This document shows, piece by piece, positions 11,751 through 19,766 of a stretch of 32,095 nucleotides of DNA. The translations under genes and the position numbers were made by a program. Numbering within the stretch: position 1 is the stretch's first letter; each line of letters starts with the position of its first letter. The stretch lies in contig JAUCBJ010000848.1 of assembly GCA_032718475.1 (NCBI GenBank), positions 1-32,095 on the forward strand, read 5' to 3'. The notes below the pieces were generated by a model. It was not told the origin of the DNA, ran no database searches, and worked only from the letters and a program-made list of their open reading frames with translations. Source of the stretch: Nemertoderma westbladi. Taxonomy: Eukaryota > Animalia > Xenacoelomorpha.

Positions 11751-12004
11751 TCAGCCAATGCGATGAACATAACCACAAATACAGGTGATAAAAGGAACAC
11801 AAATACTGTAATACCCTCTCCAAATCAACCACAAACCCCCAAACCACCACTGATAACACCCCCTTCGCATACATCACCAGCAGCAACACAAATTCCTATA
11901 GAAGTATACCCAAACAACTCCTCACAAGCAGACCTCTGCACTGATGAAATTGAAATGCATATCGCACAAATCTAAAAAGACTCAAACCAACTGATATACC
12001 AGGA

Positions 12005-14449
12005 ATGATATTTCCAACAGCAAGAGATCTGCAGAGTCTAGAAGAAGGGCAATGGCTGATTGATGCAGTAATTGATGGTTTTTTCAGCTTGCTAAGCAGG
12101 AACTGCCCCACTGTTACATGTGTTCCAAGTCAATTATGTCAAAAACTACAATCAACGAATTATGACAAACTTAGCGCTATTAAATACATCGCTAGACAAT
12201 ATATTGGTACTTACAATGGAGTCAAACCTAACTTTATTCTCATCCCTGAATGTACACAAAACCACTTTGTACTGCATGTTGTGAATATTGCCGAGAAAAA
12301 AGTATACTTTCTGTCTTCACTTGAAAAGTCCCTTCCCAACAAAACAACCTTCCAGATTTGTGATCTTCTGGTTACTATAGATCGATTAACCAAATCAACC
12401 ACAAAGTACCCAAATAATCAATACCGTCAATGGTCGGTTTCAACAAGTCCTTTCGGCTTTCCAAAGCAAGCAAACAATCATGACTGTGGAGTTTATGTTT
12501 GTTTGTATGCCATCGCAATCGCGCAGTCTTCAGAGGTTGTATCTTTCCATAATGACAGCAATAAGTGCAGGCAATGGTTATACGATTGTCTGCAATCAGT
12601 AAAGTTCTACATGCCAAATGACTCACACACCCAGCAAAGTACAACCTGCCTGAAAACTCCTCTGCATGGTGAACAGCTAGTAAATCTTCTAAAAAAACAA
12701 TCAGACCCTGATACATTTGTCTCCACACTGCGTACATCCCTTCTATTACAAAACCCCAAAGATGACCTTGTAAATTTTCTAAAAGAACTTGGCTTTAAGT
12801 TTCTAAGTAAAATACAGAAGGACCTTTTCAATTATATAAATCGTACAATAATGGGTGAAAAAATGGGGTTAAAGTGCTCATGCATAAACAGAAAATCCCT
12901 AGATGAATTGGCATTGGATGTTGCAGAGTTTGCGATAGTTTTGGAAGAAAGGGCATTAACATCTTCCTTCAAGAAGAGAATAAATGCGAGCAGCGCTGAT
13001 GCTTTTGTGGTGCTGGAACTCATAAACCTCGTAACTACACTGCAAGTAGAAATCAAGTCCTTAAATACCCAATGTCAATCATATAATGTGCGGATCAAAA
13101 GTTTAGAAAGTACAATATCTAAGCTACAAAATGGTCTCCACTTTCAGACTGCCTGTCCCAACAACCTAAGGGAAAACCCCAACAATAGCTGCAATAAGAA
13201 AAAGGGTAAAAAGAAAAAGAAAAAAAATGCCCACAAAACTGGACATGGCAGGAATGATCAAAATGTCAATGCGAGTACAACTTCAGAATATAGTTTTGCT
13301 GACCCTGCATCAGACACTGGCACCCCTAATTCTGATACTGAACTAATTACTCCTCTAAATCAACAACCATCATCATTATCAATAGACAGAGATAATGAAC
13401 AAACTATATCTTTTCCTCAGCCTAGTTCCCTTCAAGATGTTTTGCTAAGTGAGAATGCGTGGACCAGCACCAACACAAAGACTTCTGTGAAATGTGGTAA
13501 AAACACCAACGACTTCCTGCCATCAGTAGTAACATCCAACATCTATGACAACTTGGATGATGTTAAAGCTGTTGGGAATATGTTGAAGAGGCAAAATGAT
13601 CTCCTAAATGATATTCTTACGTCACAAAAGGTAAATGCCCCAAAACCACAAGGAAATAGCAACAATAAAGAATCCGATTATAATAGGAACCAACCTGTCA
13701 TTCCTAAACATAAACTTGCAACCATCTTTGTTTCTGGTCTACAACCAAATAGCTCCTCAGTATCTGTCTCACAATATTGCTTTAAACAATCAGGTTATAG
13801 GCCAGTCAATGTCTGGGTGACTGGAAACAAAGGGCATACTAAAAGAGCTAAAATCACTATTGAAACAGAATATACAAATATATTCTTGAGACAAGATTTC
13901 TGGCCTAAAGGATGCTATGTAAATGCAAATATCACAAATGACCATGCCCCACAGACAAGTTATCTAAGATATAACTATAATGAAAATGATCCCAACCACC
14001 CTTATATTTACCAAAAAATTATGCTGGAAGCGAATAATGAAACAAATCATGAGACCAAAACCTATAACAAAACTTCAAATCAACAATACCAAGTTCCCAA
14101 AGCAGCAACTAGTGTTCGAATAAAAGATCCAAGAAACACAAACTACTACCTAAATCAAAGTAGATCATATGATCCCTATATGATCCAGAGAATCATGGTG
14201 GAAGCAAATAATGATTACTCTCATCAAACAGAAACTAAGCCAAATAACTGGGTTCCACGAACTACAAGTAACAAAACAATCAATACCACGTCTAACCTAC
14301 AGAGAAATCTGCTGCCTTATTCCTATCAGAACTTTCCTCTTTCAACTTCTCCACCATATAACAGCCATGGATATCAAAATTATCCATATTGTCAGACAAA
14401 AAGAGACTCTCCCTACCCGATACACCCACAGAGGAGATATCACTTTTAA
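12005..14449 (+). CDS. LINE ORF1 protein with N-terminal Ulp1/SENP-like peptidase C48 domain, coiled coil, Lys-rich patch and RRM-like domain
   Basis: DLQSLEEGQWLIDAVID; ILIP...NHFVLHVVN...VYFLSSL; PKQANNHDCGVYVC; heptads LVTTLQVEIKSLNTQCQSYNVRIKSLESTISKL; KKKGKKKKKK; IFVSGL...AKITI...FWPKGCYV. Confidence 0.88.
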   Translation: MIFPTARDLQSLEEGQWLIDAVIDGFFSLLSRNCPTVTCVPSQLCQKLQSTNYDKLSAIKYIARQYIGTYNGVKPNFILIPECTQNHFVLHVVNIAEKKVYFLSSLEKSLPNKTTFQICDLLVTIDRLTKSTTKYPNNQYRQWSVSTSPFGFPKQANNHDCGVYVCLYAIAIAQSSEVVSFHNDSNKCRQWLYDCLQSVKFYMPNDSHTQQSTTCLKTPLHGEQLVNLLKKQSDPDTFVSTLRTSLLLQNPKDDLVNFLKELGFKFLSKIQKDLFNYINRTIMGEKMGLKCSCINRKSLDELALDVAEFAIVLEERALTSSFKKRINASSADAFVVLELINLVTTLQVEIKSLNTQCQSYNVRIKSLESTISKLQNGLHFQTACPNNLRENPNNSCNKKKGKKKKKKNAHKTGHGRNDQNVNASTTSEYSFADPASDTGTPNSDTELITPLNQQPSSLSIDRDNEQTISFPQPSSLQDVLLSENAWTSTNTKTSVKCGKNTNDFLPSVVTSNIYDNLDDVKAVGNMLKRQNDLLNDILTSQKVNAPKPQGNSNNKESDYNRNQPVIPKHKLATIFVSGLQPNSSSVSVSQYCFKQSGYRPVNVWVTGNKGHTKRAKITIETEYTNIFLRQDFWPKGCYVNANITNDHAPQTSYLRYNYNENDPNHPYIYQKIMLEANNETNHETKTYNKTSNQQYQVPKAATSVRIKDPRNTNYYLNQSRSYDPYMIQRIMVEANNDYSHQTETKPNNWVPRTTSNKTINTTSNLQRNLLPYSYQNFPLSTSPPYNSHGYQNYPYCQTKRDSPYPIHPQRRYHF

Positions 14450-17408
14450 AGCAGTTAAAACCGAGAGCAGTAACATCCCCAGAAATCAACCGTACAAGTT
14501 AAAAATGCTTACATTTAACTGTGAAGGTTTCACAAGAAATTCAAAATACCTGGGAGAAATTTTACAGAATCAGGAACCATCAATCATGTGCATCCAGGAA
14601 CACTGGCTTGGGCCATTGCAATCAGATGTGCTTTTTACACGGAGAAAATTACACAGCAATTTTTCATGTCCGACATATACAGTGTCTAGTGAAATGCTGA
14701 AGCCTAAACCTAGAGTTTGCGGCGAAGGTGGTACAGCGATATATGTAAGAAATGACATAATACCGCATTGGAAAAGTTTTAAAACCGGTTCTGACCGAAT
14801 TTCTGGCATTGTCATCAGATCTTTGTTTACTGAAGACATAGCAATTTTAAATGTATACTTGCCATCAAACTGTGGAAGAGAGGATGATGAATCTAATTAT
14901 CTTAAAGAAGTTGGGAAACTAGGACTGATCATTGATGAATGTTTAAACCAAAATCTAACCCCAATTGTTATGGGGGATATAAATGGGGTCATAAAGGGAG
15001 ATCAGCAGTTACAGCCCAGAGGAGCTGTCAAATCATCGAAGTTTGGAGACATTTTCCTTGAGAAAATTATATCAGAATACAACTTCATCGCTGCGGACAT
15101 GACTCAAAAAACGAATGGAAACAGATTTACTTATCTCATGCAGTGCAAAGATGGAGACAAAAAAAGCCACATCGATCATACCTTCATACCTACATCATGG
15201 TACAACTATCTCACAGGTGGAGTAATTTTCAACTGTACCAAAAACAATGTTTCAAGACACCTACCCGTGCTCTCAGAGATCACATTAAATACTCATCCAA
15301 ATAAACACCATGCAATGGTGAGAAAGACAAAAAACAAAAATATTCGTTTTCATTTTAATAGAGCATCCAAACAGCAATTAGAATCCTACCGTGCTGAAAT
15401 AGAACAGAATCTTCTTTATTATACAAGCCAAGACATCAATAGTAAGGCAGAACTCGTGGTAAAAACTATTGGAAATGCCTGCAGATCAAATATTCCCTCC
15501 TCTTTCGTCAAATATAGAACATATAATCAATCAGATAAAAATCCATCGTTTGAGTATAAAAGTCATGTGAAGTCGCTTGTGGCATCAAACCGCACCAATC
15601 CTAGCGCTTTCTGGAGGAAAATTAAGCCCAAAAGAGTTACAAATACAGTTTCTGATATCCACCTTAGCAAAATATTTAGTACCATCAAAACCAGCTTATC
15701 TTTACCCGAAAACGAAAAGTATTCTGCAGCTCAGCAAACTGGTCAATGCAACCCAACCAAACAATCTGGCCAATGCAACCCAACCAAACAACATACAGTA
15801 AATCCCTCTGAAATCTACAATCTAATTAGTAAACTAAACACTGGCAAAACTAGTGATCTATATGGGATAAATGCTGAATGTCTCATATATGGGCGGACGG
15901 AGACTCTATGCTCCTTCATTGCAGAACTTTTTGCAGAAATTTCTAACAGTGGTGTATGCCCAAAGATTTTCTCTCTTGGGACCATTGCACCCGTGCCCAA
16001 ACTCCATAAGACAGAATGTATTATTCCACAAGAACAATCCTTCAGGAACATAAGTGTTACACTTACATTAGGAAAGCTCTGGGAACTATCCATCTTGAAA
16101 GAAATAACATCTATATCTCCAAATCACCTGCAACTAGGATACAAACCACACATAGGATCAGACATAGCCCATCAAGCCGTTTCCAGTCTCATCAACAAAT
16201 TTACTAAGAAGGGATCTCCTATGTACCTACTCAGTTTGGATCTTAGCTGTGCCTTTGATATGATATCTCATAGCAAACTCTTTCATAAACTAAGACAAAC
16301 CAATATAGACGGAAACATAATCAACGCTTTAGAATCGTACTACAACCAATCTTCTGCATATGTCTCTTGTGGGGGATACACTATAGGTGAACCAATTGCA
16401 ATTCAACAGGGAGTGAGACAGGGTGGTATCTTGTCACCTTTCCTGTTCAATTTCTATCTGACAGACCTATTCGAACAGCTCGAAAAGTCAAACCTTGGTA
16501 TCCACATTAAAGATATTTCTTTCTGCGCCATAAACTACGCTGATGACATTATAATCCTGGCGAACATGAAGTCACACCTCACTAGTTTACTGGAAATTTG
16601 TTCACAGTATCTCAGAGATCACAACCTCAAATTAAATGAGTCAAAGTGTCACTTCCTGTCCATTAACACCAAAGGCACTACGAACACCAATGACATGCTT
16701 ACCCTCAAGGATAAAACACTGCAATCAAAAAAAAGTTGCAAATATATGGGCATTCCCCTCCCAGCTGATGGCAAAACAATATCAAAGTTTGTAATTGGAA
16801 AAATTTGGGGCAATGTAGGTCTGATCTCGCACCGAGGTCTAACAATCAATGAAGTCCCACTGGATGTAACTAAACTAGTTTGGAACACAATTTGCCTATC
16901 GAGCATTCTATATGGCTCTGCTGCTCTACCATCAGGAAAAATTGACAAAACAGCTAAGGAGTTGCGTAAAGCGATGCGTCATATTATCGGAATGAACAAC
17001 AGAATTTCAAACAAAGTGATATATCAGCTATTTGGAATGGACGTGGAATTACAGCTTAGATTGAATCAATTTCAATTAATATACAGATTATTTAATACAA
17101 AGAATCCCAAACTAGCCTTTCTCTTTGGTAGTACATTGTGTGACCATTGTGTGGGACCCTCAGTAGACATATTTGCATCATATAATTTCACAGCATGGAG
17201 ATATAATAATCCGAATTTGTTATCCATTGCTGTCCACCCATATTCAACCAAACATTGTAGTCAAACCGCAAAAATGGCCCAGACGGCGGATATTAGCCCC
17301 AAGGATCAATTCACCACTTGGTACTCGCAATCACTCTTGAACAATACAAACTACGCTATATCCACTAGATTAATGATATTAAAGGAATTTCTAAATCCCC
17401 ACACGTAG
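14211..17408 (+). CDS. LINE ORF2: AP-endonuclease + reverse transcriptase, uninterrupted (homology starts near the Met at 14505)
   Basis: LTFNCEG, CIQEHWL, GGTAIYV, NVYLP, MGDIN, HIDH, SRHLPV; RT LDLSCAFD, GVRQGGILSP, YADD, KYMG. Confidence 0.93.
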   Translation: MITLIKQKLSQITGFHELQVTKQSIPRLTYREICCLIPIRTFLFQLLHHITAMDIKIIHIVRQKETLPTRYTHRGDITFKAVKTESSNIPRNQPYKLKMLTFNCEGFTRNSKYLGEILQNQEPSIMCIQEHWLGPLQSDVLFTRRKLHSNFSCPTYTVSSEMLKPKPRVCGEGGTAIYVRNDIIPHWKSFKTGSDRISGIVIRSLFTEDIAILNVYLPSNCGREDDESNYLKEVGKLGLIIDECLNQNLTPIVMGDINGVIKGDQQLQPRGAVKSSKFGDIFLEKIISEYNFIAADMTQKTNGNRFTYLMQCKDGDKKSHIDHTFIPTSWYNYLTGGVIFNCTKNNVSRHLPVLSEITLNTHPNKHHAMVRKTKNKNIRFHFNRASKQQLESYRAEIEQNLLYYTSQDINSKAELVVKTIGNACRSNIPSSFVKYRTYNQSDKNPSFEYKSHVKSLVASNRTNPSAFWRKIKPKRVTNTVSDIHLSKIFSTIKTSLSLPENEKYSAAQQTGQCNPTKQSGQCNPTKQHTVNPSEIYNLISKLNTGKTSDLYGINAECLIYGRTETLCSFIAELFAEISNSGVCPKIFSLGTIAPVPKLHKTECIIPQEQSFRNISVTLTLGKLWELSILKEITSISPNHLQLGYKPHIGSDIAHQAVSSLINKFTKKGSPMYLLSLDLSCAFDMISHSKLFHKLRQTNIDGNIINALESYYNQSSAYVSCGGYTIGEPIAIQQGVRQGGILSPFLFNFYLTDLFEQLEKSNLGIHIKDISFCAINYADDIIILANMKSHLTSLLEICSQYLRDHNLKLNESKCHFLSINTKGTTNTNDMLTLKDKTLQSKKSCKYMGIPLPADGKTISKFVIGKIWGNVGLISHRGLTINEVPLDVTKLVWNTICLSSILYGSAALPSGKIDKTAKELRKAMRHIIGMNNRISNKVIYQLFGMDVELQLRLNQFQLIYRLFNTKNPKLAFLFGSTLCDHCVGPSVDIFASYNFTAWRYNNPNLLSIAVHPYSTKHCSQTAKMAQTADISPKDQFTTWYSQSLLNNTNYAISTRLMILKEFLNPHT
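15735..15791 (+). repeat. 27-bp in-frame tandem duplication in ORF2 (QTGQCNPTK QSGQCNPTK)
   Basis: Directly visible duplicate of CAA(A/T)CTGG(T/C)CAATGCAACCCAACCAAA. Confidence 0.85.
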
Positions 17409-17647
17409 CATTTTTCACATCTTTTGTGCTAGTGCTATGTCGCTTGATTAATAACAATTAATTCACGAAATTTATTTTAATTTGATTTGAATTTTTGAAA
17501 TGTATATCACATAATAATATCTTAATGCCTAAAGAATAGTGAATGGTTTATTTCGAGTACTAACATTGGCTTGAAATGCATACCGGTATGTATAATTATA
17601 TTTTAAATTCCTATACGCAGCATTTTTCACATCTATTTACTGGTATA

Positions 17648-18212
17648 CGTGTAAAATCGATTTTTAATATATCTGCGGCAAATAAGCTATTGGTGCAGTG
17701 CCAACGTAGCATATTTCACATCTATATACCGGTGTCGAATTATGTATATCTATATACTGGTGTTGGGTCGGTGCCCGTGCCCGTGTAAAATCGATTTTTA
17801 ATATATCTGCGGCAAATAAGCTATTGGTACAGTCCCAACGTAGCATATTTCACATCTATATACCGGTGTCGAATTCTGTATATCTATATACTGGTGTCGG
17901 TGCCCGTGCCCGTGTAAAATCGATTTTTTGTATATCTGCGGCAAATAAGCTATTGGTGCAGTGCCAACGTAGCATATTTCACATCTATATACCGGTGTCG
18001 AATTCTGTATATCTATATACTGGTGTCGGTGCCCGTGCCGGTGTAAAATCGATTTTTTGTATATCTGCGGCAAATAAGCTATTGGTGCAGTGCCAACGTA
18101 GCATATTTCACAACTATATACCGGTATCGAATTCTGTATATCTATATACTGGTGTCGGTATATATATACTGGTTGTCAACGTAGCATATTTCACAACTAT
18201 ATACCGGTATCG
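17648..18212 (+). repeat. ~129-bp tandem repeat array (4 units plus a partial) in the LINE 3' UTR
   Basis: Units start at about 17648, 17782, 17911 and 18040 with (C/G)GTGTAAAATCGATTTTT...GCGGCAAATAAGCTATTGG and are nearly identical. Confidence 0.92.
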
Positions 18213-18523
18213 TTTTTGTTTTGTATATCGGCGGCGAAGAAGTTTTGGTACAGTGCCAGTGCTACGTCACTTGTTAATAGCAATTCACGAAATTTATTAT
18301 TTTTCTTCATTTGAATTTTGAATTATGATTCTATATGTATATCACATAATATGTCATATTGAATGGCTTATTTAGTGTACTATCTATCACTGGCTTGAAA
18401 TCCACATATTGTCTACTTGTGGCAACCGAATAGAAATAGTATTATTTTATGTGCCCTTATTCTTTTATTTTAAGCGTTATGTGCGTCGATTTTTATGATT
18501 TTATTTATGGCAATATTATAGCG

Positions 18524-18538
18524 CCGGGGACATCCCGG
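18524..18538 (+). other. 3'-terminal stem-loop of the inner LINE (CCGGG-GACAT-CCCGG)
   Basis: GC-rich hairpin immediately before the (TA)n tail, where some LINE clades carry their RT recognition loop. Confidence 0.55.
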
Positions 18539-18555
18539 ATTTTAATATATATATA

Positions 18556-19766
18556 TATATACAACTGATAACCAGTTCGGTTTCAAGAAATCTCTGGGTA
18601 CTGAGCTCTCAGTTTATTCGCTAAAAGAAATAATTAATAAGTACTTGCTTAATGGTTCTAATGTCTACATAGCTTTTCTCGATGCTAGTAAAGCCTTCGA
18701 TCATATAGATCATGGGATATTATTCTCCCGCTTATTAGAACGTGGAATTTCTTTATTTATTTTGAGAATTTTATTTTTCTGGTACCGCAATCAAACTATT
18801 GCAGTTTAGTGGGCGGGGGCTCTGTCTCAGGCTTTCCATTGCATAAATGGCTGCAGACAGGGCAGTATACTCAGCCCCAGTTTATACAATGTGTTTATCA
18901 ATAGTCTTAGTATTAAACTTACCGATTGTGATATAGGATGCAATCTAAACTTAAGGTGCATTAATCATTTATTGTATGCTGACGACCTGGTCCTAATTGC
19001 ATCCAACCCGTCTGCTTTACAGTATTTGCTAAGCATTTGCAGTAAATTTGCTAATGATAATAATATGGATTATAATATTAAAAAGTCAAAGTGTTTGGTG
19101 TTACATAGCCGTCTCCGGAAATGCTTCACAATATTACCGCATTTTATTCTTAGTGATAAACCGTTAGAAATTGTATCAAAGTACAAATACTTAGGCCATA
19201 TTATAAGTTCTGATTTCTGCGATGATTTAGACATCAAAGCGCAGACTAGATGCTTTTATGCTCGATCTAATATAATTGTGCGTAAATTTAGTAAATGTTC
19301 TCTAGCTGTTAAACTGCGACTATTTGCAGCATACTGTGGAAACGTTTACTGTAATGCCCTATGGTCCGACGTATATTTTACCCAGAATGTATTTAACAAA
19401 TTGAGGGTCGCACTAAATAATTCTGTGCGTAAGTTATTCGGGTTTGGTAGAATGGACAGTGCGAGCGGAATGCTTACTCAGCTTCGCATCAACTCCATTA
19501 TTCACACCCGTAGATTCTCATTGCATAGCCTATTTAAAAGAGTGTGTTTATCTACTAATAATGTATTACTAGCCATACGGCGATGTTGCTTATCTGAATC
19601 CGCAATATTTTTGTCATATAAGACAATTAATTACTAACTTATATACTATTAATTACAACTTTATACAGTACTTACGTTGTTTTATCATTTTATATTTTAT
19701 GTTGTGCTTATTAAATTAATATATATGTTTTTATTCACGAATTAAATAAATAAATAAATAAATAAA
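18556..19766 (+). pseudogene. RTE-X-like LINE, second part: RT core to C-terminus, 3' UTR and (TAAA)n tail
   Basis: TDNQFGFKK...FLDASKAFD...AV*W...GCRQGSILSP, YADD, KYLG (ORF 18891-19637). (TAAA)n at 19743-19766. Confidence 0.9.

Larger units (their letters stand above)
11448..18555 (+). mobile_element. Young two-ORF APE-type LINE (RTE-X-like RT) with a Ulp1-protease ORF1, long repeat-containing 3' UTR and (TA)n tail
   Basis: 8-bp TSD TATATACA (11440-11447, 18556-18563). The host RT reads RLYT|TDNQFGFK when the element is removed. Terminal stem-loop and (TA)n tail present. Confidence 0.9.

Noticed and set aside
11298-11975. 225-aa ORF that looks like an RT fragment fused to a mucin-like protein
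   Set aside because: Chimeric by insertion: the first 50 codons belong to the host LINE RT and the rest to the inserted LINE, with the TSD at the junction.
2314-16948. Numerous 60-120-aa ORFs antisense or off-frame to the LINE ORFs
   Set aside because: Shadow ORFs of TE coding sequence with no independent motifs.
17648-18212. Regularly spaced repeats resembling a CRISPR array, and ORFs 17798-18073 and 17824-18321
   Set aside because: Whole units are repeated with no unique spacers, there are no cas genes, and the context is eukaryotic. The ORFs are by-products of a unit length divisible by three.
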